Below, piece by piece: positions 35,775 through 44,220 of a DNA stretch of 50,850 nucleotides (position 1 is its first letter; each line of letters opens with the position of its first letter). The translations under genes were made by a program, and so were the position numbers. The DNA lies in contig JBFEPE010000004.1 in the NCBI GenBank assembly GCA_041550235.1, forward strand, positions 1 to 50,850, read 5' to 3'. Under the pieces are notes generated by a model, which saw only the letters and a program-made list of their open reading frames with translations, did not search any database and was not told the origin of the DNA. This DNA comes from Minisyncoccia bacterium. GTDB taxonomy: Bacteria; Patescibacteriota; Minisyncoccia; UBA6257; JAAZHW01.

Positions 35775-37310
35775 TTATGCAGCCAATGGCAATTCTTCGT
35801 CATCTCTTAGGGGATTTTCTTCTAAGTATTCCCTTAATCTTATTTGGTCGCCAACCTGACCATCTTTATAACTTGAATCCAAATCAATCCATTTATTTTC
35901 ATCATCTTTTCCTAATTCATTTTCTCTGTAAATGTTATACTTATTCCTTATATAAAACTCTCCGAAACGAAGATATTTCCTTATTATCCATCTTCCTAAT
36001 TCAACAGGAGATTGTTTCCCCCCAAATTTGAATTCAGGATATTTCTTTTTAAATCCTTCAACAAATTCAACCGAGCTATTTGCTTCTGTTTGCTCCATTT
36101 TTTTAGCTGCAACAAATATATTGCTAATAATATTTTCTTGATTTTCCTTACCTAATGCACTTCTAATCAAAACACCCCAATAATATCCTAAATCAATTTG
36201 AGCATTTTCGGCTGGCAATTCAAAATATTTTGCCTTACCAAAAGACCACTGCTTCAAAGCCCTATATATTGGCCCAGCGGCAAAAAACTCCTTATCTCCA
36301 ACGGAAAAATACTCTTTCCCGCCATAAAGATTGATTTGATTTTTATTTTTTACCAAACTCACTCTCAAATTTAAAATATCATTCTTTGCCTCAGGGGTAA
36401 AAACAAACCCTTTGTCTTTACTTAAAAATAATTGATTATTATGGGTATCTTTCTCGCCTATTTCCTCTATTATTTCCTTATCTGAAAAATTATTTATTGA
36501 TTCTACATCTTCTGGATGAATTTCAATTTTCTTTTCTTTTTTTCCTTTTTTATCAATCAAGTCAATCTTAATGTTTTGCACTTTATCTAATGCCTCGTCT
36601 TTATTATTAGATTTATCTAATACCACATCTATATCACTGAAATTATCTATTTCAGCCATCAAGCATTCATCATATTCCTTAATCATATTTTCCGGCACTT
36701 GGTCTCTAAAAAATATTTTAGCCATCAATCTTAATCCGCCACCTTTTATTCCTGCTCCATCTATTTCTAACACCTGCTTAAAGCCATCAAGAATTCTTTT
36801 GCCATTCTCGCTTTCTAATGAGTTTTCAAATAAATTAATTTTCTTTTGTAAATCCTCAAAAGATACTTTTTCTATATTTATTTCCTCGGCTTTTTCTATT
36901 GATTCTTTATTTACATATTCTTCTTGGGCTTTAGCGGCCAATTTAGCATCCTCCGACATTAACAAAGTCAAATCTTCGCCTTCCATTTTTTCAACATCTA
37001 AATCTTTATCCATTCTGTCTTGAATAATACTCTCATAAGAATTTATCAAAAGCATTTTAATATCTCTGAGAATATTATTCGGAAGTCTTTCTCCTTGTTT
37101 TTCTTTTTCGTCTCGTATTTCATGCTCTATCGCCAAAGCGACAAATTTGAACATTTTTGGCAGACTATCAGCATTTTCTAATTTATCAGAGACATTATAT
37201 CTAAATTGTCTCAAAAGCTCTAATGCTTTTTCATTAGGCATTTCTATAAGAGGATTTATTTCTTTTTCTTCTCCCTCAACCCTTAATGCCTCTATATTAT
37301 TTTTTTTCAT
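35775..37310 (-). CDS. Hypothetical 511-aa protein, possible divergent nucleotidyltransferase fold
   Basis: IKGGGLRL...FSDIDVVLD...EKDTHNNQL loosely parallels the GGxVRD / DxD / RRDxTxNAL order of class II nucleotidyltransferases, but with a ~25 aa insertion. Confidence 0.55.
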   Translation of the reverse strand: MKKNNIEALRVEGEEKEINPLIEMPNEKALELLRQFRYNVSDKLENADSLPKMFKFVALAIEHEIRDEKEKQGERLPNNILRDIKMLLINSYESIIQDRMDKDLDVEKMEGEDLTLLMSEDAKLAAKAQEEYVNKESIEKAEEINIEKVSFEDLQKKINLFENSLESENGKRILDGFKQVLEIDGAGIKGGGLRLMAKIFFRDQVPENMIKEYDECLMAEIDNFSDIDVVLDKSNNKDEALDKVQNIKIDLIDKKGKKEKKIEIHPEDVESINNFSDKEIIEEIGEKDTHNNQLFLSKDKGFVFTPEAKNDILNLRVSLVKNKNQINLYGGKEYFSVGDKEFFAAGPIYRALKQWSFGKAKYFELPAENAQIDLGYYWGVLIRSALGKENQENIISNIFVAAKKMEQTEANSSVEFVEGFKKKYPEFKFGGKQSPVELGRWIIRKYLRFGEFYIRNKYNIYRENELGKDDENKWIDLDSSYKDGQVGDQIRLREYLEENPLRDDEELPLAA

Positions 37311-37435
37311 AATATTAAATATTTATTAAATAAAAAACGACTTTAAAATATTAAAATAACAAAAATCAAAAGTCAAATGAAGTAAATAAAAGCCGGACTA
37401 CATATGCATCTATATTTCAATTTTTTAACCAAGCC

Positions 37436-39781
37436 CTAATCCTTATCTTCTTTCAAAAATTCTTTCGCCTGCCTTATTTTGTCTAATAATTTTTCCTTAA
37501 GAGTTCCCGGCATCATCTTATCTAAATCATCTTCTTTTTCTAAAAACTCTTCAGCATCATCAACAAAATCACCCAACATCTCTTTCTTCCTATCATCTGT
37601 TTTTAATTGGGCTTTAGAAAATGTATTCAAAAGATAATCAAAATTTGATTTATAGTTGAAGAAATCATCATTAGAAATATTTAAATCATCCTCTAATTTT
37701 TTTATACTAATATTTGTATTGTGTAGCAACTCATTTCTTTCTTCATCACTCAAAGAACTATTATTGTTTTCAGTATCTCTTCGTAAATACTCGGTAAATT
37801 TGTGATAATAATATAATGCTTCTTTCTTATCATCAGCCCCACCTCTTTTTGAAAGATTTTTAGCAAATCCATCAAAAGAAAAAAGTAGATTTCCATTGAG
37901 CGGTCTAAATGGTATATCCATTGCCTCTCTATAAATTCCTATTGCCTCATCCTTTTTATCCAAAAATGACAAAACCTCCGCTAATCTAAATATTGCATGT
38001 GGATCATTTTTGTCTAATTTTAATGATTTTTTTAAATATTTAATACCCATCTCCTTATTTAACCCCTTGTCTTCCTTGTCTTCAGTCTTTTCATAATTTA
38101 CAAAATGCAAGTCAGCCAAAATATGCATAGCATCAACATTATTTCCATCAATTCTCAATGAATATTTTAATAACTCATCAATCTCATTTGCCAATGCCTT
38201 ACTATACTCTCTTTTTAAATCATCCAACAACCTCCGTGCCGAGTTGCTCAAAAGCCTCGTGAGTGCCCCATTTTCTAAATTATTAATTCTAAATCTTGGG
38301 GAATCACTAAAAAGAAATTGCTTCTCAATTCCATAAAAATCATGACTATTTTTGGCCGCTGGCTTTAATCCAACTATTAAACTCCCATCAAAATCGCCAC
38401 TCATTGCATCAATTAAATCTTGTATTTTTATATCCCCACCATCACTATTTTTCCCCTCTAAATCTTCGTTTTTTACCAAATATCCAAAGTCAGAACCCCC
38501 GTCCCTTAAGTCGTTCCAGTAAAAATTATTCTCACTATCAGCCCAGCAACTTAAAACATGTCCCTTGATATTTATAATCCCATTAGATAATCCAGCTTCC
38601 TGATATAATCTACCTCCGACTTCAGCAAAACCGAGGCAATTCATCTCTTCGTCTTCTACTATTTTGGAAGGATTATCCCATGATGATTTATAACCATAAG
38701 AACTAACCGCCTTCTTTATTTTGCTCGCAATTTCTTTTTCTCTTTCATTTATTTCCTCTATTTTTCCCCTCTCTCTAATCTCAGCCAATTCTTTTTTTAA
38801 ATCTTCTATCCCAACAATATCCCTTAATTTCAAATATCCATTCTCTATTTTATTTTTAAATTCTTCTATTTCTCTTAATTTCTGTCTCACCTCTGGTCTG
38901 CTGGCCTCAAGATTATTATTTAGCAATTCTAATCCTCTTTGAAAAATTGACCTTATCATTTCTTCTTTCGGTTTTTCTATTTTAGAAATAAGTGATTCCC
39001 TAATATTTTCCAAAAATTTAGAATGAATAGGAGTGGAATCCATTAGAGGATTCGCTGGAATATTTTCTTTTAATTCCTTTTTCTCTAATTCAAATGATTT
39101 CTGGGCTACTCTAAAAAACTGGTTCAATGTTTTTTCTCTTATTTTCTTTATCTCTTCCTCATCTTCAACTTTTCCAAATCGAGAGTTATAAAGATTTTCT
39201 CCAAAAATAAATTTTTCCACTTTTTCAATTTCTTCTTCTGAAAGATCTTTTTCTTTCAAGTCTTTCATTTCGTCTTCCTTCTTTATTCTTGAAAAATATT
39301 TTTCTCCATAATCTTCACACATTTGAGACATTGATTGTGCTATCATTCTTCCATTTTTTTCATCAATATTCCCCATTTCCATTTCTAAATATTTATTTAT
39401 ATCAAAGAAAAAATCTCCTGATTTTTCAATCAATTCTTTTTTTCCTTCAATTATTTCCGGATTATTTTTGAAAGCATCATTATCAATTTCCTCTGTTATT
39501 CCTATAATATCCCATAATCTCATCTCTGAGGGAACTTTTAAGCACCCCCTTCTCTGACCATCAACATCCTCCTCCCAATTTAGTAAAAAACTTTCCCCTT
39601 CGGGGATCTCTTCATTAGGAACTCTCTCTAATGTTATATGGTCATTTACACTCATCCAATTCTCAATAAGTTCATTTCCTAAAATATTCTGATTTAGAAC
39701 CTCATCAATGCCTAATTCTTCAATATAATATCCACTCTCCATCTTCTTTTTTTCCATCGATTCTAAATTATTTTTTTTCAT
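37436..39781 (-). CDS. Hypothetical 781-aa protein with transglutaminase-like Cys-His-Asp core and TPR-like C-terminal region
   Basis: MNCLGFAEVGGRLYQEAGL...KGHVLSCW...WNDLRD (C382, H408, D424/427), then TPR-like repeats (GIKYLKKSLKLDKNDPHAIFRLAEVLSFLDKKDEAIGIYREAM). Confidence 0.6.
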   Translation of the reverse strand: MKKNNLESMEKKKMESGYYIEELGIDEVLNQNILGNELIENWMSVNDHITLERVPNEEIPEGESFLLNWEEDVDGQRRGCLKVPSEMRLWDIIGITEEIDNDAFKNNPEIIEGKKELIEKSGDFFFDINKYLEMEMGNIDEKNGRMIAQSMSQMCEDYGEKYFSRIKKEDEMKDLKEKDLSEEEIEKVEKFIFGENLYNSRFGKVEDEEEIKKIREKTLNQFFRVAQKSFELEKKELKENIPANPLMDSTPIHSKFLENIRESLISKIEKPKEEMIRSIFQRGLELLNNNLEASRPEVRQKLREIEEFKNKIENGYLKLRDIVGIEDLKKELAEIRERGKIEEINEREKEIASKIKKAVSSYGYKSSWDNPSKIVEDEEMNCLGFAEVGGRLYQEAGLSNGIINIKGHVLSCWADSENNFYWNDLRDGGSDFGYLVKNEDLEGKNSDGGDIKIQDLIDAMSGDFDGSLIVGLKPAAKNSHDFYGIEKQFLFSDSPRFRINNLENGALTRLLSNSARRLLDDLKREYSKALANEIDELLKYSLRIDGNNVDAMHILADLHFVNYEKTEDKEDKGLNKEMGIKYLKKSLKLDKNDPHAIFRLAEVLSFLDKKDEAIGIYREAMDIPFRPLNGNLLFSFDGFAKNLSKRGGADDKKEALYYYHKFTEYLRRDTENNNSSLSDEERNELLHNTNISIKKLEDDLNISNDDFFNYKSNFDYLLNTFSKAQLKTDDRKKEMLGDFVDDAEEFLEKEDDLDKMMPGTLKEKLLDKIRQAKEFLKEDKD

Positions 39782-39801
39782 AATTTATAATAAAAAAATA
39801 A

Positions 39802-42039
39802 TTAAACATTCAATTTTTCTTTAAAAAATTGGGAAAATTCTTTCTTATAATATTCAGTATCCCCCTCCTTATTCTCCTCCAATTTACCTAATTCAAAAGA
39901 CTTATTTAATGTCTCCTCAAATATTTTAATTAATTTCGCATTCAATCCATTAATACTGCCCCCCGCTTCATTTTTAGAAAATTTCTCAAAAGCTAAATCA
40001 CAAAACAATTTAAAATGCTCAACCGCCTCAAGACTTTTTGAGACTATATCTTCTTCAGCTAATTTGCTAATCATCCTCTCGGCCTCCATATAATTTTTAT
40101 CCCCAGCATCTCCGTAAGATGCAAGCATATTTTCTCTTATCTTTCTGTGAGCGGCAAAGAATAGACTTTCCCCTAAACCTTTGGCATCCATATTATCAAT
40201 TCCATATTTAGAAAAATCAAAATTTACACCAAGCATTTCTTTTTTTGATTGATTTTCCCTCTTTAATTCCTTTTTATATTTTTTATCTTTAAAATAATCT
40301 ATGGTCTTTGAGAAAATATTTCTTTCCCTCTTTTTTTCTACATATTTTTCAAGATTATTAACCTCTTTACCTAATGTTTTAAATTGAATTGGAGCGAGGC
40401 GGTCAATTCCCCAATCATCTAATAGGTTTTCCAAGACCTCATCTTTGTATTCCCCACCCTCTTTTTGTTTTTCCATGCTTGAAGCCTCAAAACCCCTTCC
40501 TTCTACCTCTTTTTCCCTCCTTTTAATTTCTTTTTCCCTCTTGTCAAGATTACCCTCTCTTTCAACCAACTCTTTATTTTTTTTCTCTAATCCCTCTAAT
40601 GCTTTTTCCTCCCTTCTTTTTAACTCTTCTTTTATTCCCTCAATAAATTTAAGGAGTTCATTTTTTATTTCAAAAATTCTCTGCTCTTGTGTCTTTTCAT
40701 TTTCTGTTTCTTTTTTATTTGATGAATCTCCCCTATCTCCCTTAAACCCTTCAGTATTTTTCTGTGTTGTCTCCTCGCTCCCCCTATTATCGGTTTTTTC
40801 ATAATTATTAATTGAACTTAACCCTTCCTCTATTTGCCTTTCTATTCTTTCTAATTCGTCAAAGTTTATTTTTTCCTGTTCTTGTTGTTGGGCTTTTTCT
40901 CGTTGGGATTCTTCTTCTTTAATTTTAACTGACTCCCCAATGCTATTTTCGCCCTCTTTTTTTTCTTTTTCTACACCCCCTCCTTGTCTTTTTTCTTTTT
41001 CTATACTCTCTTCTTGTCTTTTTTTTACGTCATCATCCTCTTCTTTTACTACTTCCAAACTATTTCCTACCTCAACATCATTTCCCTCTTTTTTTACCAC
41101 CCTTTCCACCCCGACATTATTTTCTATTTTCTTATCTTCATTTCCATCAAAAACATTTGAAACTTCTTTTTCTGCCAAATTACCACCATCCTTAACCAAA
41201 TCACCTTCTACAACCACCCCATCAATTATTTGGGTATTACCCTTTCCTATTTGGAAATTTTGAGTATTTATTGTTTTGCCACTTATTATATTATTGTTGC
41301 CGGTATTATCATTGTCGCTCTCGCCTTCTTTATCTTCAATATCACCCCCTTCTTTAACATCATCAAAAACATCAAATTTCTTATCAAATTCTTTGTCAAA
41401 TTTTTTATCCCATTTGTCTTCTTCTCCGTCGTCTATTCCTTCATTCTTTCCCCTTCCCTCCTTATTATTGCCACCCGCTACCACCCCGTTTATTTCCAAT
41501 TTATTACCATCTCCAACACTGATTCTACCCTTAATACTACTATTCTTAATGACATTTTTATTTTGAAGATTATCTGTTTCGCCATTGCCCTTATCCCTTT
41601 CACCTTCTTTATCCTTGACTCTCTCAACTCTGTATTTGCTATAATCTCTTTCTTCCTCAAATTCAACTTTACCATTTATAATATTAAAATTGCCAGGATC
41701 CTCTCCTGGTTTAAAATGATACTCCTCTTTACTTGTTTTAATTATTGTTCCCTCCCCATCGCTTATAACTTCGTTGTTGTCTCCGATGATAACACTGCTA
41801 CCCGGATTAATTTCGCTATTTTGAATACTCATTATTTTTTCTTTCCCCTCGCCCTCTTTTTCCCTTCTTTCAATAGTCATCGTCCCTCCTCCTAATTCAA
41901 CTTTTACTTCCCCTTCTTTTTCTATTTTGATTTTACTTTTTTCACCTGAATTTTCCTCAATTAAAAGATCGTCATCTAGCATGGCGATTTTAGTTTTATC
42001 TATATTCGCTCCATCTATCTCAAGTTTTTCATAACTCAT
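39802..42039 (-). CDS. Hypothetical 745-aa E/K-rich protein (repeat-rich N-terminus, central coiled coil, globular C-terminus)
   Basis: Repeated I-x-N/G-S-x-I-x-G...IGDGN-type segments in the N-terminal third. Long charged heptad-like centre. Only 20 nt upstream of the 781-aa gene. Confidence 0.55.
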   Translation of the reverse strand: MSYEKLEIDGANIDKTKIAMLDDDLLIEENSGEKSKIKIEKEGEVKVELGGGTMTIERREKEGEGKEKIMSIQNSEINPGSSVIIGDNNEVISDGEGTIIKTSKEEYHFKPGEDPGNFNIINGKVEFEEERDYSKYRVERVKDKEGERDKGNGETDNLQNKNVIKNSSIKGRISVGDGNKLEINGVVAGGNNKEGRGKNEGIDDGEEDKWDKKFDKEFDKKFDVFDDVKEGGDIEDKEGESDNDNTGNNNIISGKTINTQNFQIGKGNTQIIDGVVVEGDLVKDGGNLAEKEVSNVFDGNEDKKIENNVGVERVVKKEGNDVEVGNSLEVVKEEDDDVKKRQEESIEKEKRQGGGVEKEKKEGENSIGESVKIKEEESQREKAQQQEQEKINFDELERIERQIEEGLSSINNYEKTDNRGSEETTQKNTEGFKGDRGDSSNKKETENEKTQEQRIFEIKNELLKFIEGIKEELKRREEKALEGLEKKNKELVEREGNLDKREKEIKRREKEVEGRGFEASSMEKQKEGGEYKDEVLENLLDDWGIDRLAPIQFKTLGKEVNNLEKYVEKKRERNIFSKTIDYFKDKKYKKELKRENQSKKEMLGVNFDFSKYGIDNMDAKGLGESLFFAAHRKIRENMLASYGDAGDKNYMEAERMISKLAEEDIVSKSLEAVEHFKLFCDLAFEKFSKNEAGGSINGLNAKLIKIFEETLNKSFELGKLEENKEGDTEYYKKEFSQFFKEKLNV

Positions 42040-42124
42040 ATTCTTGATATTGTTTAATTATTTTATTTTGCTTAAAAAATGAAAAAAGTCAAATTTTATT
42101 ATCAAGATTTTATAAACAAAATTC

Positions 42125-42886
42125 CTACTCATGGGAATGGACTTCTCGGACGGCTTTTCTGTAGGCACAAAAATCGCAATTTGGATTGGCGGATGGAATT
42201 GAATTACCATCCAAACATTTTTTGGCATTCATAAGAACCTGCTCCACCCACGAATCATCTCCATCATAAGGAATTAATTTAACGACAAACTCTAATTTGC
42301 CATCAAATGCCTCCTTATCTAATTTTCCATTGCAATAAACAAAATATCCTGTTTTTGAAACAGGGAATCCATTTTTTCTAAAAAGCCATTGATAAATTTC
42401 CATCTGCCTCTTATATGCTATTTGCCATTCAGCATCAATTCCGACATCACCGTCTTTGGCAGTCGCCTTATAATCAACAATTATCAATTCCCCATCCTTA
42501 TTTTTCCAAATATCATCAATCCCACCTGTGATGAAAAAATTGGTTGGCTTGTGTAAATGAGTAATACCTCCCCGCAAGGCATCTCTCCACTCATCCATCT
42601 TCTCATGCTCAAATGGAACTGCCTCAATTCCATAATTTTCCATCAGGGGGTGGGCATCTCCTTTTGCTCTATGAATATCAAATTCTTTTTTTAATAATAA
42701 ATCTACTGCTGAATTTAAGGCAAATGGGAATCCGGGCGGTTGGGATATTCCCAATCGCCTATCTAAATAGAAGCATCTTGGGCAATTCAAAAATTGATCA
42801 ATTTTTGACCTGCTTAATCTAAATGGTTCTTTTGATGAGGGATTATATATATTCCTCATTCTTCTTGGATTATAATATTGAGACAT
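42125..42886 (-). CDS. PD-(D/E)XK nuclease family protein (Cas4/RecB-like, with Cys cluster)
   Basis: GGIDDIW...IIVDYKA (D...DxK), N-terminal CPRC plus C-terminal CDFC cysteines, and QMEIYQW (QxxxY). Confidence 0.7.
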   Translation of the reverse strand: MSQYYNPRRMRNIYNPSSKEPFRLSRSKIDQFLNCPRCFYLDRRLGISQPPGFPFALNSAVDLLLKKEFDIHRAKGDAHPLMENYGIEAVPFEHEKMDEWRDALRGGITHLHKPTNFFITGGIDDIWKNKDGELIIVDYKATAKDGDVGIDAEWQIAYKRQMEIYQWLFRKNGFPVSKTGYFVYCNGKLDKEAFDGKLEFVVKLIPYDGDDSWVEQVLMNAKKCLDGNSIPSANPNCDFCAYRKAVREVHSHE

Positions 42887-42934
42887 ATTTTTTTGTTTAT
42901 TATATCACAACTTTAATTATTGCCTATGAAAGGA

Positions 42935-42969
42935 AACCCGCCTTCGTCAAGACTTCGGCGAGGCAAAGC
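42935..42969. repeat. Module E (reverse orientation)
   Basis: The reverse complement GCCTCGCCGAAGTCTTGACGAAGGCGGG matches 50054-81 at 26/28 positions. Confidence 0.8.
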
Positions 42970-43010
42970 AAAAATAGGGCTTGCTTCTTTGATGATTAGC
43001 TCGCCCTATT
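42969..43010 (-). terminator. Intrinsic terminator of the DUF2769-like gene
   Basis: AATAGGGC-22 nt-GCCCTATT with a U-tract on the minus strand. Confidence 0.5.
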
Positions 43011-43034
43011 TTATTACTCAAAAAAATCCATTTC

Positions 43035-43262
43035 CTATTCTTCTTCTGCCCCTACCTCGCAATAATATCCAGAAGTTAGATTGCTTTTCTTATGGACAGG
43101 ACAACCTCCGCAAATACAACCCATTTTCTTGAAGTCGCAAGATGATTTTCCCTTTGCACAATAGAGGCCTTCGCCTCCACCCCTCATACACTCATCAAAT
43201 GAAGGGCATCCCGGGCAAGCACAATTGCTTAGATTCTCCTGATTATCTTCAACTTTATTCAT
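43035..43262 (-). CDS. Small cysteine-rich protein (DUF2769-like)
   Basis: 75 aa with 12 Cys, including CACPGCPSFDEC and CICGGCPVH. Confidence 0.5.
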   Translation of the reverse strand: MNKVEDNQENLSNCACPGCPSFDECMRGGGEGLYCAKGKSSCDFKKMGCICGGCPVHKKSNLTSGYYCEVGAEEE

Positions 43263-43359
43263 AAATTATATATCATCGTCGGGCGATTCTATATTAAGCC
43301 GACAATATCATTTTACACTATTATTTATAAATAACAAAATTAAAAATTGCCAATACAAG

Positions 43360-43383
43360 ACAACCACCCCGCGGGGTGGTTGT
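43360..43383. repeat. GC-core perfect palindrome (12-bp arms, no spacer)
   Basis: ACAACCACCCCG/CGGGGTGGTTGT. Confidence 0.9.
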
Positions 43384-43417
43384 CAGAGTATTATCTTAAA
43401 TCACTAATAGCAAAATA

Positions 43418-44155
43418 TTATTTTAATTCTGATTCTTTTTCTTTATCATCTTCTTTTTTATCATTATCATTATCATTATCATTATCATTCTCTACTTCTA
43501 CATCTTCTTTTTCAGCCACCACCTCCTCTTTCTCTGCTTCTGCATTTTCTTTCTCCACTACATCATCACTGGCATTATCGCCATTGCCATCCCCTTCTTT
43601 TTCGTCTTCACTGATTTCAGCATCATCTACTTTTAATTCCTCGCCGTTATCATTCTTTGATTCTTCATCGGAATTATTTTCTACCACATCTTCTGACTTT
43701 TCCACGGTATTATCTGCGACATCATCATCAGCAGTCAAAGATTCATCTTTTACCTCCTCTGTCTCCACCTCAATCTTTGGCTCAACAATAGGAGAAATAA
43801 CTTCTTTGAAGACGGATAATTTTCTCTTGATTTTCTTTGGAGAAAGATTTCTCAAGAAATAAAGTTTGGCTCGCCTCACCTTGGATGCACGAACAATCTC
43901 AATTTTTGAAATCTTTGGTGAATGAATTGGCCATATTTTCTCTACTCCAACTCCTGCAATTACTGCCCTTACCGTCATTGTAGCAGGAAGATTTTTGCCG
44001 TGCTTTATCGCCAAAACAATTCCTTCAAAAACCTGGATTCTTTCTTTATCTCCTTCTTTTATTCTCTCATGAACCCTTATCTTCATTCCGGGTCTTATTT
44101 CGGGAATATCATCCTTCTGCTGCCTCTTATTAAATTCAATTATAGTGTTATTCAT
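43418..44155 (-). CDS. rplS: Ribosomal protein L19 with ~130-aa acidic C-terminal extension
   Basis: RPGMKIRVHERIKEGDKERIQVFEGIVLAIKH is typical of L19. The tail is D/E-rich and includes DNDNDNDND. Confidence 0.9.
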   Translation of the reverse strand: MNNTIIEFNKRQQKDDIPEIRPGMKIRVHERIKEGDKERIQVFEGIVLAIKHGKNLPATMTVRAVIAGVGVEKIWPIHSPKISKIEIVRASKVRRAKLYFLRNLSPKKIKRKLSVFKEVISPIVEPKIEVETEEVKDESLTADDDVADNTVEKSEDVVENNSDEESKNDNGEELKVDDAEISEDEKEGDGNGDNASDDVVEKENAEAEKEEVVAEKEDVEVENDNDNDNDNDKKEDDKEKESELK

Positions 44156-44220
44156 AATAATACTACTATACTAATAGAAAAATATTATTTAGCAATAGTG
44201 AGATTATAGTATTTTGTTTT

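Noticed and set aside
40445-43862. Long plus-strand Ser/Phe/Leu-rich ORFs (for example 40445-40804, 40940-41263, 41230-41895, 41276-41566, 43347-43862)
   Set aside because: These are shadow ORFs antisense to E/K/D-rich low-complexity coding on the minus strand (the 745-aa protein and the L19 tail). No RBS is present, and the minus-strand genes carry conserved motifs.
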